64,000 bases of DNA, taken from contig NC_043013.1 in assembly GCF_006345805.1 (NCBI RefSeq), positions 32,054,001-32,118,000 of the forward strand, written 5' to 3'. The position numbers were made by a program, and so were the translations under genes. Position 1 is the first letter of the stretch. Each line of letters opens with the position of its first letter. Shown here in pieces: positions 14,732 to 29,600 of this stretch. The notes beneath the pieces are model-generated. The model was not told the DNA's origin. It did not search any database and saw only the letters and a program-made list of their open reading frames with translations. The DNA comes from Octopus sinensis (taxonomy: Eukaryota).

Positions 14732-14773
<42 letters not shown>

Positions 14774-14790
14774 TATATAATATTATATAT

Positions 14791-14866
<76 letters not shown>

Positions 14867-15264
14867 GGCGCAGGCGTGGCTGTGTGGCAAGTAGTTGTTT
14901 ACCAATCACATGGCTCCGGTTCAGTCCCACTGCGTGGCACCTTGGGCAAGTGTCTTCTACTATAGCCTCGGGCCGACCAAAGCCTTGTGAGTGGATTTGG
15001 TAGACAGAAACTGAAAGAAGCCCGTCGTATATATGTATATATATGTACGTGTGTCTGTGTTTGTGTGTCTGTGTTTGTCCCCCTAGCATTGCTTGACAGC
15101 TGATGCTGGTGTGTTTATGTCCCCGTTACTTAGCGGTTCGGCAAAAAAGACCGATAGAATAAGTACTGGGCTTACAAAAGAATAAGTCCCGGGGTCGAGT
15201 TGCACGATTAAAGGCGGTGCTCCAGCATGGCCGCAGTCAAATGACTGAAACAAGTAAAAGAGAA
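14867..15264 (+). mobile_element. SINE family 1, full length and young
   Basis: GGCGCAGGCGTGGCTGTGTGG head, GGTTCAGTCCC B-box, complete body and tail. Confidence 0.9.
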
Positions 15265-15270
15265 TATATT

Positions 15271-16971
15271 TATATTTTTATTTATCTCCTTATTGTCTGA
15301 CAGCGCCCCGCATCAGGTTCGTTCCGATTCGTCGTTTCGATCCACTTCTTGGTCCCCTTTTTTTATATTAATATTATTATATTGAAGATGCGGTACTCTC
15401 TCCCTTTGCTTTAACCTCTTCAATCTTTCTCCCTCCCCCTCCTCCTCTCTCTTCGCCGCGTGTCCCCCTCCTCCTTCCCTCTTCCTTGCCTATTAAACAA
15501 AATTCCTTTACACGTGGTTACCACTATTGAAAAGACTGCCTCCACGCGCTGCTACTACACTTTCGTCCTTGCCAGCAAAAAGGCTTCTTCGTTCGTCCCC
15601 TTGTGTGGTTAATTTCCTGTATAGTATTCTTGTTATTTTCTCGTTTTGTAACTAATTGTACTTTTTCTACATGTATTTTTATTTTTGCAGTTTTATTGTT
15701 TGTCTATGCCAGAAAAAAGGCTTTTTCGTTCGTCCTCTTGTGTTTGTTTTTGTACATGTATTTTAATTTTGCAGTCTTATTGTTACGTCTTGTTTGTGTT
15801 CGTACTCATTGTGCCCCGCTGCTTGAAATTTTATTTTAATTCTCTCGCAGGAAGGCCTATTGGATTAGTGTTCTGTTATGCCTTCGAAACATGCCTGACT
15901 CCTCTAGCGACAGCTGATGACGGGGGTTTTGTCCTTGTGTAACCTGTCCTGTATTTGGTTTTCGTTTTCCGTTTTCTTGTTTTTTGTTTTTTGGCTTTTT
16001 CTGTTTCTACGTCTTATTGTGATGTCCTGTACTTCCGTATAATTATTTATATATGCATGTATATATACATGTAGATGTAGGTACGTACATATATGTTTGT
16101 ATGTATGCATATATTTTTATTTATCTCCTTATTGTCTGACAGCGCCCCGCATCAGGTTCGTTCCGATTCGTCGTTTCGATCCACTTCTTGGTCCCCTTTT
16201 TTTATATTAATATTATTATATTGAAGATGCGGTACTCTCTCCCTTTGCTTTAACCTCTTCAATCTTTCTCCCTCCCCCTCCTCCTCTCTCTTCGCCGCGT
16301 GTCCCCCTCCTCCTTCCCTCTTCCTTGCCTATAAAACAAAATTCCTTTACACGTGGTTACCACTATTGAAAAGACTGCCTCCACGCGCTGCTACTACACT
16401 TTCGTCCTTGCCAGCAAAAAGGCTTCTTCGTTCGTCCCCTTGTGTGGTTAATTTCCTGTATAGTATTCTTGTTATTTTCTCGTTTTGTAACTAATTGTAC
16501 TTTTTCTACTTGTATTTTATTTTTGCAGTTTTATTGTTTGTCTATGCCAGAAAAAAGGCTTTTTCGTTCGTCCTCTTGTGTTTGTTTTTGTACATGTATT
16601 TTAATTTTGCAGTCTTATTGTTACGTCTTGTTTGTGTTCGTACTCATTGTGCCCCGCTGCTTGAAATTTTATTTTAATTCTCTCGCAGGAAGGCCTATTG
16701 GATTAGTGTTCTGTTATGCCTTCGAAACATGCCTGACTCCTCTAGCGACAGCTGATGACGGGGGTTTTGTCCTTGTGTAACCTGTCCTGTATTTGGTTTT
16801 CGTTTTCCGTTTTCTTGTTTTTTGTTTTTTGTTTTTTGGCTTTTTCTGTTTCTACGTCTTATTGTGATGTCCTGTACTTCCGTATAATTATTATATATGC
16901 ATGTATATATACATGTAGATGTAGGTACGTACATATATGTTTGTATGTATGCATATATTTTTATTTATCTC

Positions 16972-16973
<2 letters not shown>
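15271..16973 (+). repeat. Head-to-tail tandem duplication of a ~840-bp unit, possibly a Penelope-like terminal repeat
   Basis: Units 15271-16109 and 16110-16953 are nearly identical. The 20-bp tatatttttatttatctcct recurs a third time at 16954-16973. Each unit holds a degenerate hammerhead-like stem (aggc..gcct-tc-GAAAC) and a CTGATGA. Confidence 0.9.
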
Positions 16974-17012
<39 letters not shown>

Positions 17013-18199
17013 TATATAAATATATGTGTGTATCTGTGTGTAAGTGCCTGTGGAATGTAAAACTATTCGGAGTTTTATATCAAGGACCTATGCCACTCTG
17101 AGCGTAAACGTTTTCTCTTTTAATTCATTGACCTGTTATTTAATTTTGAAGACTTTTATTCAAATTAAGCAACAAAAGAAGAAACCTAAAGCATTTAGTT
17201 GCTTTTGCAGTAAGAGGACAGATCAATATCCTAATCGTGAAGAAGAGTTGTCTACGAAATGAAAATAATTGAACTAAGATTTAGCGTCAGCTTGAAAGTA
17301 GTGGAAGTTAAATGGAGATCAATGTTGAAAGAATCTATTATTTGCCGCTACATAAGGCGGCCAAAATTTTAGGTGTATATAGTCTAAGGTGATACATCAG
17401 CAGAAAGTCGTGCATAATAACCGGAGTTTAGAGAATGAAAAATTAAAAGCTAAGAGAAAATTCTATTACAAGAATATTGTGCGAGGAATATCGTGAAAAT
17501 ACAATTAGTTGTAATTACATTAATTGGATTCTATTAGAAAAGAACGGGGAAAAACGGGGGAAAAAATATCTAATTATTCAATGTCACACTGAATGAGCTA
17601 AATTTCTTAACGATTTATTAGTAAGAAACAATGAATGTAAAAGGAAGGTTGAGTGAGTGTGTCTGCGCTACGGAATTCAAATATAATATCAAAGATTATA
17701 ATTTGAATGAAAATCCATAACGTTTTTATACAAAGCCTGCGATTAAATTTGACTTTTGATCTTTTGAATTACAAAAAGTATAATTAATAAGATCGACTTT
17801 GTGCTAGACGGGTTATACTAGGGAAGTTATTCGTCACTGATATACTATTGTACTTTGTATCTCGCTTCGTATTTCACTTTCGTTTACGTTGTCAACTCTT
17901 TTTCTATTGATGCACTTTTTATTTCATGTTATTCATGACATTTAACATCTAAACATCAATTCCATATACGTTATTTCGCTTGCGTTTTCCTCATTCTTTT
18001 CTTAAGAAGCTCTACTTCTTAATTATCATGTCCTTTGTTAAATCATTAATTCTCAATGGTTCAATTTTATATCCTTTCAGCCATCACTTTTCTCTTGAAA
18101 TTTCTTTTCATATTCTTTTCCATTTTCCTCTGTTACTACTTTTTGGCATAGTACAACTTTATTATATTTCGTCTGTTAATTTACATCATTCTGGCTTCT

Positions 18200-20160
18200 C
18201 TTTGTGAGTTGAAGTTGCTAGATAATACAACTTTTTCTTACCATCATCCATAAATTTCCTAGATATATTACAATATAGACTGCTTTCTTTATTAATTTCA
18301 CTACGCCATATCGCTTTATTATTAAGTAATACATTGCATCTTGCTCAATCGAGTCCTTATTTATTATATATCGCTACCAAAGGAATTTATTTATTTAACG
18401 TTGCTATAATTGCAATCTAGAATAAGCTAGCTTTCTAACGGCTTCCTTTGCTAAGCCGAACACCTCTAAAATATGCAAGATTAACCTAATTATCTCCCTT
18501 CTATTTTACTTCCTTAATAGTTATTATAAACCCTTTTAGTAGTTGTATGTCAAACCTGAATTAGTTACCAATCAATAATTAGATTACATTCGTTTAATTA
18601 CTATCTAGTATATTCTATAAGCCATGTTCTAATAATTATTCAAGTGCATGTACCTGAAAATTTAGATATTTGATTTTACTCTTAATACTTGGGTTCGATC
18701 TTAGTTCATCGTATTTATTTACTTCTTATAACTACGAACTTACGTTGCTATGATTAATTGTCCTCGAATAGTTAAGCAGAGATATGTTGTATTGCTCTAT
18801 GTCTATATCTTGCGAAATCAAAATTAGACAAAATAGCTAATTTGTTGAACACTGTCTATCTTCCTAGAATAGTGAGTGTAACGTAAGTTTATATATACTT
18901 ACAAGTTTAATCGATATATTTAATTTAATTAATGTCAATGTGCAAAAACCATTGTTAGTAAGCAATTATATATTAAAAGGTTTAACTCATTATAATTACT
19001 CCCCAGTGATTTCAATGTTTTTAGTTCCCATTATTTACATTTAAATTTTCCTGTTTCTTATTTCTTTTACGTACCATTAATTTTGTCTAGTTAATTCTAT
19101 TAGTACATTTTTACCTACTACTACATAACTACTTTGATTTCGGCTCATTATTTGCTGTGTGGTGGAGTGTAAGATCTTGCAGTGTTTTCCTCTTCTTTTT
19201 ATTTAATTAATTTGTATATCACCTCAGACTGAATTCAACTCTTTAACCTCACCTTTTACTATAGCTACTATCTAGCAAAGTCTTGATTTGTTACGACTGA
19301 TTACCCTAATCAGATTTGTTTATTACATTTTTCTTTATATTTAACACAAACACACATGTATGCACAGACAATAGTAACTATGCGTAACATCGTTTCTGAT
19401 TTTTCTTCAAATTAAAATCTTTAAGATTACATTTTAATCCCGTGAGGCAAACATTTTATATCCCTTCCAGATTCATTGTTTCCTGTGACACATCTCTTAC
19501 CAATTTAACGTATCTAGTGGGTCTTTTGAATAATTAGCGTTTTTCACTTCTCATTAGGCCTCTTCTGATAGTCAGTTGCGTATTTTGATTATGGCCAGAG
19601 GTATAATTACGCTACTCCCAACATAATTAGCTTTTACTTTTAATTATCTAAATCCCACTGTTATGCGTCGTTTCTTCCTCATGCACACTGTAAGCTATTA
19701 AATGTATATCAAAAGTTTAGTCTCTTTTGCCGTGGAAAATATAGGAATCTCTTAGTATATATCTTCCAGCTAATTCTATCTGACGCTAAATATTACTTCG
19801 ATAGTCTTCATTTCCTAAATGCAGCTTCTCTACAAAATTATCTGAAGGAGATATCTGTTTTCTATTCAAGTTTAGTTTGAGTACTGTTCCTATCCAAAAT
19901 GGTTTAACACTGATCAAAGTTCAATATCTTCCATCCATACTTGAAACATTATCCTGCACTGTTCATGATCTGAGAATGTATAATTCACATACAGAAATCG
20001 TTCTTTTTAAAATTTTCGTAACACTATACTATATGTGATTTGGTTCTGCTCAGTCGATATTCTCTGAAACTGATACCCTTAAATATGTTTTGTTACCTCT
20101 CTTTGGCTTGGTCTTTTTTATCTCTGACGTAATATTCTTTTACAATTCCCCACTCTTGAA
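18200..20160 (-). mobile_element. Highly decayed L1/Tx1-like LINE relic
   Basis: Minus-strand fragments FSDH (APE C-terminal motif), WP*SKYATDY (cf. WRPISLLNTDY) and VFGLAKEAVRK (L1-type C-terminal region). Many stops. Confidence 0.35.
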
Positions 20161-20344
20161 CTTTTAGCCTTTGCACCGTTTATAAAAGTTAACTTTTTCA
20201 TTGGTTATTGTGATGATGCTAGGTATTTTCGTCTGACAACTTCTAATGGAATCGTTGTAATATAATGAATAAATGTGTGAGGGGGTGTATGGTTTTAAAT
20301 TGATAGACATACAGAAAGATTTAATAACTCTTTCATACTTTGGC

Positions 20345-20735
20345 ACAAGACTGACAAATTTGACGCGTGTGGAAGACGTTTATATCGACCACAGTACTCA
20401 ACTGGTACTTATGTTATAGACCCCGAAAGGTTCGAAGGCAAAATCGAACTCAGCGATAGCTGAACTCAGAACAGAAAGATAACGAAATGTCGCTAAGTAT
20501 TTTCTCGGTCAGGTTAACGATTCTGCTTCATAGGGTTTAAAATCCCTTGTTTTATAGGCACAAGGACCGAAATTTTGAGAAGGATGGTTGGTTGATTACC
20601 TTGATCCCAGTGCTTGACTGCTACTTATTTCATAGCCTCCGAAAGAATGAAACACCAGGTCGTTTGAACTCAGAACGAAAAGACAGACGAAATGCCACTA
20701 AGCATTTTGTCCGGCGTGCTAATGACCGAGCGTTT
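20345..20735 (-). mobile_element. Two adjacent SINE family 2 copies
   Basis: Reverse complements of the family-2 core (ctggtacttat..accccgaaagg..gaaggcaaa..gaactcagaac..gacgaaatg..ctaagcattt) at about 20345-20525 and 20545-20735. Confidence 0.7.
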
Positions 20736-20877
20736 CGTGCATTGGCAATTACTGATGTACCTCAGTCATTTTGCAACTTTTACCGATTAAATAAAATATA
20801 GATAGATAGAAAGATAGATAGACAGACAGACAGACAGATAGACAGACAGATTGACTGACAAACAGACAGACAGACAT

Positions 20878-21332
<455 letters not shown>

Positions 21333-21404
21333 TTAGATAGATAGACAGACAAACATACAGACAGACAGACAGACAACAACATGCATTGTGAACGAAAAAC
21401 ATCA

Positions 21405-21703
21405 GGGAAGTTATTGGCAAAGAAAATATTGACGATCAATGTAGAACGTGTGGTGTAAGAGAAGAAACGTTTCAACACATACTATTATTATTATTTTTTT
21501 GTTAGAATGTCCAGAACTAACACAATAGAGTATAAGAACTGGAGAAACAGGAGACGTGATAGGGTGGCGAATGAGTGCATTAGGGAAAATCTGTAAGAAG
21601 TACAACTCTTCTTCTGAAAAGAGGAATGACCACAAGGTAGAGAAGGTGCTGAAGAATGAAAGTACAAAGATACTGTGTGATTTTATATTGCAGACAGACA
21701 AGG
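21405..21703 (+). mobile_element. R4/Dong-type RLE LINE fragment
   Basis: DDQCRTCGVREETFQHIL..ECPEL (CCHC), DRVA..ICKKY, EKVLKNESTKILCDFILQTDK. Confidence 0.75.
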
Positions 21704-22302
21704 TCTGAAATGACCTTTGAAATACAGCGTATATGTATGTATGTATGTATATCTAAAAGAAAAATAATGAAAAAGCTCTATTGAATATGACAAAGTGAAA
21801 GGAAGTATTGGTAAAACAATTACGTGTAACGATTCTTGAATACTGAAATTTTCAAAGCTGCTGGGATTAACGAGAATTTGGGCTTTATACATTGTACATT
21901 ACGCTTTAAATAAAGAGGCAAAAAATAATTTGTAAATATTAAAGTCTGATGATGCGGTAAGACAAAAAATAGCGGTAAAGAGTACCTTGTTATATACGAC
22001 GAAATAAAGAGAAAGAGTCGTCGAGCAAATTAATTACTTACGAACGGGCTTAAGCTGAAGAAGGAGGAGAGAACAAATTTATTATTCGTGTAGTAGAAGT
22101 TTGAAATGGGTCACAAATCAATTACTAAATGGTTGGATAATTATTCAACTTGGAACTAAATATGTTAAAACAAATAAATGTATAGTTCTTAAGTGAGTTA
22201 TTATTATCGTTGATGATGTTGTCGTTGTTGTTATTATTATTATTATCATTATTATTATTATTATTAGTAGTAGTATAAAAAGTAGTAGTAGTAGTAGTAG
22301 TG

Positions 22303-22393
<91 letters not shown>

Positions 22394-22404
22394 TCATTAT
22401 TATT

Positions 22405-23055
22405 ATCGTGTACAGCCAGTGAACTTAGGTGGTACTTTCAATTATCAAGCTCTTTCGCAAGTATTCTGGCAGTTTCAAAAAGTGGTGTTTTCTGTAAGTG
22501 CCACATCCTGATGATGCCAGCTATATTTCTTTAAATAATTTTCAATTCTGGTGTTCACACTACCAAGCGTCAAAACAACAACTAGGTCTACCTCGAACTT
22601 TTGCATTGCCCACAAATGTTTTATTTCTTATTCAAGTAGTTTCTATCAGCCCATCTTCTTGAATTCTTTGTCACAGACCTTATTGTCAGATGGACAAGCT
22701 ACATCTAGAATCAAACATTATTTACTTGTCAATCACTGTAATATCTAATTTGCGATATTCAGTTTCATGGTCATATTGTACCACAAAGTCCCATAAGATC
22801 TTGTCTTGTGCATTATCTACAACGCATTATGGTTTGTACGCATACCAGTGGCTTGCTTCTTCATGACCGTATATTCCGCATAATTCCCAATCAAAGATTT
22901 TCGGTACATTATCACGGCATCGCTTTTATTCTTTTTGTGTCAGCTTTGTACAATGGCTGATGATATGCCATACATTTTCCTCTTTTTCTCCACACATCCT
23001 ACATCTTTCTGTTGCATCTGATTCCTCATAAAGAATGTTTATTTTGATTATAATT
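22405..23055 (-). mobile_element. R4/Dong-type RLE LINE 3' fragment
   Basis: ERCRMCGEKEENVWHIISHCTKL; WELCGIYG..HWY; KILWDFVVQYDHETEYRKLDITVID; ILDVACPSD; ETARIL. Flanked by TAG/ATT triplet arrays. Confidence 0.85.
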
Positions 23056-23088
23056 ATTGCTATTGTCGTTGCTGTTGTTATTTTTTAA

Positions 23089-23139
<51 letters not shown>

Positions 23140-23198
23140 GTTGTTGTTTTTGTTTTTGTTTCTGCTGTAGTAGTAGTAGTAGTAGTAGTAGTAGCAGC

Positions 23199-23229
<31 letters not shown>

Positions 23230-23319
23230 ATGGTGGTGGTGGTGGTGGTGGTGGTGGTTTGGTGGTATTAGTAGTTGTAGTAGTAGTTGTTGTTTATCAT
23301 TAGTATTATTATCAATTTT

Positions 23320-24601
23320 TTTAGCGAATAATTCGTAATGAACTGCCTAATCAGAAAACGCTCTTTATAATTTCAAGTTAATGAACATATCAATTAATGG
23401 ATAGATAACAAATTAATATAAAATTATACCAGCGATAATTTTCCTAAAGTGAGAATTATTGAACAGTTACATTCATAACGCGATTAAAAGATTAAATTGG
23501 GAATTTTTATGTTTTTCATGCTTAAGAAAAAAAGACAATCTAAAAAATCAGAGCAATTATAGTAAAAAAAATGAGTTCTGTGAATGCTATTATTTATAGA
23601 AAATTATTGAACCTTTATATCAGAAATAGTTACATGTATTATTAAATTCATATAAAAAGATAATTTATCATTGTGCAATTAAATAGCAGAAACAAACAAA
23701 TATATCAGAAATATCACTCACTAATTTGATTATTATTGAGAATCAGACACGTAATTTCAAAACAAATTACAGATATAATAACAGCAATTATAATCAATAA
23801 TATGTTTTGCAGTTGTATAATGAATTGTGTGAAGACGGTAACAGGAAGAACAGCAAAATATTGTTAAAACATCAAGAACCTGACGGATTTTTTTATAGTA
23901 CTATGAATAATTAGGAGACGATTATCATAATTACGAATATATGTATTGTGTAGGTTAATTTGTAGTATCTGAGAAAGCAAAAAGATAAGATATAAAATGA
24001 GAAAACTGCAAGCTACAACAGAGTAAATGCCTACAGTTTGATAGAACATATTCAGAGACTTGTACATGATAGCTGTGGATTACAAATGAAGTCTTGGGCA
24101 TAAGGCAAACTAGACTGGCATATTAATACTCTTGATTATTCGAGAGAATAGATGTAGAGGTTAGGATAGGAGAAAGTAGTTTATAGAAGATGATTACAGC
24201 GTAAGAAAAGTAGATAATGGATTGAGATTTATACATAGTAAAGAGTAAACTAGGATTCTATTCTTTAGTGAATAATTCGTAATGAACCACTTAATCAGAA
24301 AACACGCTTTATAATTAATTTCAAGTTAATGAATATATTAGTTAATGGATACATAACGAATTAGTATATAATTATACAAGTGATAATTTTCCAAAGGTAA
24401 GAATTATTGAAGAGATACATCATAACGCGATTAAAAGAGTAGTTAATAAGTCTGAAGGATTTTTACATGATAAACCTCGTTCACCTGCCCGATGAAATGA
24501 TTTTAGAACACTTATTCAGGAAGAATGTACCTTCGCAAAGATTATTTACCACGTAATAAAATCAACTTGGAATTTATTGAGAACTAACTCCAAAACGTCT
24601 T

Positions 24602-24656
<55 letters not shown>

Positions 24657-24860
24657 CGGCGGCGGTGGTGGTGGTGGTGGTGGTGGTGGTGGTAGTAGTA
24701 AATGAATAATTTACAATCTGATATTAAATAAGAAAGCATTCGTTATAATTTTGAGTTAATGAAAAAAGTAGTTATTAGGCAAGTTAAGCATTAATATTCA
24801 ATTTATTCAGTGATAATTTCCCTGAGATATAACTTTTAAAATAAATATAACTCATAAAAT
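23320..24860 (+). repeat. Three diverged copies of a ~170-bp unit
   Basis: gaataattcgtaatgaac..taatcagaaaac..tttataatttcaagttaatgaa..cataacgcgattaaaaga at about 23320-23500 and 24265-24445; a more diverged third copy at about 24700-24860. Confidence 0.65.
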
Positions 24861-26989
24861 ATTCAACTAATGTACATACGTTGCATTATTAACTGAACTC
24901 TGAATATGGCCTTGCTATTTTCAGAATTTAGATTAAAGAGCAGAGATTAAGTTTTCATTTTCTAAATGTACGGAGCTAATAATATCTGATTAGACAGTTT
25001 CTGAATGTGCAGCTATGGAAATCTTATTTGAGTTTGAATAGGTTTGATATCATTTGAATGGAATATTTTTTTAGATGTAATCATTTTTAGGGCACATTTA
25101 TCAACAATGACGTAATTGAAATATTGGACGTCAACAATGTATGAATGAGAGTTAATGTAGTTACATTTCTTTATAGATCTGTACGCCATGTATTTGTTTA
25201 GTTTACAGATATTTTAGTTGATTAAAACTGTTTTTTTTTTCTAATATTTTATAGCATCCGTGTTGCATAGATTTTGGGGATTTACTGCGGTTTCTATATT
25301 TGCTATCTCACCCTTGAAACCATTTCGAGATGAGACATCATTGTATTAGAGAAATGAGTCATTAAAATAGTATTCATTAGCGGGTTAATTATGAGAGCGT
25401 AAGAATTGTGCATTTAACAATGTTCCTAAATATCTTCTTAGCGTAGTTTGAATGCACTTCAATGTAATGTAAAAACCCTGAGTTTGTAGAAAGAAAAGCA
25501 TAAAATTGTTTAGAATCTTAGGAGTTTATAGTGGGCATAGTAGGACCTACAGAGATATGCAACCCAAGGTTCTTAAAGATTTCAAATCTTTACTAGATTT
25601 GTCTATTGTTTGTGAGTTACAAAGAAGCAGTTTCAACAGTCCATCTCGGTAAAATAAAACATCAAAATATGCATAATGAGCCATAAGACGACGTATTATG
25701 AAATGCTTCTCGAAGTAACTAACCTTCGCCAAATCGTTTGTGCCACGCTTACAATGATATTGTTGAAATTTATTCAGTCAGAGATCGTTATTAATTTAGA
25801 CAAGCTTACTTCCCATACTATATAACATTGGCGTGTGCAGTGGAAGTAATTGCGATTGTTGTAGCAACGGTGGAGGCTTTGCTAATTAACAGTTTGGTAA
25901 TTCAAACGTTGTAGCTATCGATATCAAGCTATAGGAGTTGAGTGGTATTTTTATTAAAAACTATATGCTTAAAGCCTACTGCTATAATAACAAGGATGTT
26001 CCACCTTAAAGGTGATACATCTGGATTTTTAGTTATCCTCTAGAAAATTCTCAAACACATAATAACGATATCCGATTTAGTGGGTTTTGTGAACATATCT
26101 CTATTTACTAGTATGCTTGCATCTCATATTTGTAGTTTTTTCCTCTTCCTCTTTTCCTTTATTGATCCTTTTCTTCTTTCCTTTCTACTATTCGGTAACC
26201 TTTATTAACTACATTGATTATAGTTTTTGCTACTGTTGCTATTTTTCCAGATTTATTCTTCTAATAATTAATATTGACACAGTGAGCGCTATTCCTGTTT
26301 TATTTGTTTAATTAATTGTTTTCCTGACTTATTTGTAAGAAATGAATTTCTGTTTATTCATCAACTTAAAAACACATCGATCGATATTTCCTTTGTTCAA
26401 AAGGTTCAATAATTTTTGCCTCATCATGTTGATTTTCTATTTTGGATGCGCTGATTTTTTTTTATATTTCTTTTTATTTATTTAAGTATTAATAATTTAA
26501 TTAATCGTTTCATGTTTAAATCACTTCATGTTTTAAGGGTTTATTTGCTTTAGATAACAATCAATTTACGAAAATTATCCTGAATTTAATTGTATAATAA
26601 TTAATAATTTATGCATTAACTTCACTTACCAAGGTTACTCCTTGTTTAATGGCTCAATGTTAATTAATTTGTAGAAGGTAATAATTCTGTGAAAAGTAAT
26701 GTGACTTGATTGCATATGTTTATATATTTATTTTTTCATTATCATTTAATTGCCTTGTTATTCCCGCTTGCTTCTTTATTTACATAACAACCCCACGAAG
26801 TTTAACCGCTACATCTCGAACAATATACTTTTTCTCTCCGTTTTTAATCTTAAAAACTGTTCTTCTTATTTAATAATCTGATTAGATCACGCTATCTTAC
26901 CCCACCCATTAATTCCTTTTTTCTCTCTACATAGCGCCCAGTGACTTTTCAACCATTACACTAGGAGTAACTCTAGAAAATATTATATG

Positions 26990-28500
26990 TTTCAAGTACT
27001 ACTGTAAACTACATCTTGTAGACAATTGTAATGTAAGTATTCTCGTAAAAATTCTCACTGAAAATAGTTTGAAAATACAAATCTTTATCGCATTATAGAA
27101 CGTTGCTTTATGATATATCCCGGAATCTGTCACAGGAATATTAATGACTTGCACGCTCTCATTTGCAACAACACACATACCTGCTAAACGTTGTAAGGTA
27201 TATTTCTCTACTTTCATTACAACATACATTATGAAAGGCTGTGGGAACATTTTGTATTTTTTGTATATCCCTGAGCAAAAATATCTGGTTCCTACGGCCA
27301 TATCAATCACCGAAAACCTTTTTCTTCCTCCCTTTAATCACTATTAACTAAAATATGTCATGTATTCAGGGTAACCAAACTTAACGCATTCAATATCATC
27401 CTGTTTGGGATTCTACATTTTCATATACCAAGGTTCTGAGATTACCTGTTTTTTTGTTTTCTGTATTCGAGTAACTACATTAATCTTCCAGTTTTCAAAT
27501 ATCTTTTCAATATTCTATATATTATGAAGCATTTCCAATAATGGTCCACTAGTCAATATATATATATATCTTTTTATAATTTTCCCCTGCAACTCCATCC
27601 AATCCATCCAGAAGCCTTTCTATTTTTTTAAATGTTCAATAACTATTGCTATTTCTTGAACCGATATATTATACACATCCTCGTCCAGCTTCTCTAGTGC
27701 TTCTTGAATTATCAGAGCAACTCTCCCAGTAAACACCCACTTCAGGCTTGTATTAAAATGTTGTTTCTATCATTATTAGATATTTGTATCTGATTTTATT
27801 AGTTCCCCGTCAATAATAAACACAGGTAGTCTTTTTGATCGTTTTCTTTTGCCTGTAATCTCATTTATCATTTCATAAGTTTTTCCGAATCTTTTACTGT
27901 CTCCTGCATTGATTAATGTATCTGTTTCATCGGTTTCTACTTCCAAGAATCTTCCTATATCACTTCTGGAACACCGTTTCATCTGTATGTTGAGATTCCA
28001 ATATATGGTTATTTCCGTTCTAAGATCCATCTTATACCCTCTTCAACTTTCAACAATTTATTTTAGTTTTTATTGTGCCTCAATAACGTCCAAAGTTTCA
28101 ACCAGCATCCATTTCTTTCGTTTTATCTTCATTCCACCCCCAGCACATTTGGCTGCAATCTGATGAGTTTCTTTTAAATTCTCCCAGCTATATTGATTTC
28201 TTCATCATCTTCAATTTTATCTTCAAGCACTACATGCTGATTTCGATATTCAAATTTAAAATGCATCAATCATCCTTCCATCTATCAAACTGTTCTGCAT
28301 CACACCAGGTAAACCCTTCTGTCATATATTTAGTTTCCATTGTAAGTGTATTGTTTTGGGTGACAAAATGTAAGCAAAAATATATCGTAAATACATCGAA
28401 GTAAGATTACTCACTCAGGCTTCATTGGTAACCGGAAACAACGGTAGAAAATATTTCAAGTATCCGTCAATTTCCCTGGCAGATACTGAGTACGTGATAT
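26990..28500 (-). mobile_element. Decayed RTE-like LINE (linker and RT N-terminus)
   Basis: KRKKWMLVETLDVIE, KTYEMINEITGKRK, SVQEIAIVIEHLKNRKASG, GFR..NQIFLLRDIQK in broken frames. Confidence 0.55.
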
Positions 28501-29600
28501 GCTTTTCTATTCACATGTAAAATCTTATATTTTCATTAATTCAAAGATCAGCGCAAGGCTCTGTGAACAAATCACAGTACCATACATCTTTGTAATCTCT
28601 CAAAGAAGCATTGTCTTCTTTCACTGCCTAACATTGTCTTGTTTATCCATAGCTGATCTTTACAATTCATATGAATCACTAGTGCAATCCTTCTTTTCTT
28701 CAAGTAGAATATTATTTCTGTCAAAGTGCTGTCAATGCTTTTTACTTAATACTGATAGTAGAGGCTTGAGGACTCAGAAAAGCATGTCGTTGAATATCCC
28801 TGATTTTTCATAGGTTCATTTTTTTTCTGACGTCAATAAAACAGACAAAGCATTTTATTAAACCTCTGGGTTATATGATGGTATAAGACATGCAAGTGTT
28901 TTCGGCCAGAACTTCTATATTTTTATTTCATGTGATTTATAATTTCCTCTTTCTCCAATGACTTGACTGTTTCTATGACATTTTCCTATGCGAATTCATA
29001 CTATTCTTGTGGTGTCATCTGATTTATTATCATGCCTTTTTCTCTCTACGTTATTTATTTATTTGAAAGAACATTTTCATAAGACTTTTCTCTTCCAAAT
29101 ACAAATCAAAAAGCATATAATTTATCTTTACCTGTCCATTCCACTGTTTTATTGTTTTATTAATTAATTGCTTGTTAATAATAACTTTTCCATTCTCCAC
29201 AATTCAGTTTTCACCTGCAGCATGAATATCCGTTTCGTAATTGCAAGATAATTTTTATCTTGTATTTTTAAGCTTTCTATTTATCTTTTTATTTATCTTT
29301 TTTTTATTATGTCGGATGATGTGTTTTTCTGTCTCTGTTTTTAGTCTCGCTCGTTCATTTTTCTCATTAACGCAGTTGTAACTACTTAAACTCTGCTCGC
29401 TAATTATTTGCAAGGCACGGTTAGCTTGTTTGATTACAGCTGTTTTATATCCTGTAATATATTTTTAGCTGCTTATATTCTGTCTTCTGGTTGTACAAAC
29501 ATTTTCTTATACCATCTAACATACTTACTAAATTACTGAATTTATGCTGAGATTAAAAGTTCTTTCCAAGTATTAGTGCTTGTCAGCCTTATACTTGGTG
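28500..29600 (-). mobile_element. Decayed R4/Dong-type LINE, RT N-terminal region
   Basis: NNILLEEKKDCTSDSY-CKDQLWIN (cf. EEQKGC..SYGCKDQLLIN) and KFWPKTLACL (cf. NFWLKHL). Confidence 0.55.
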
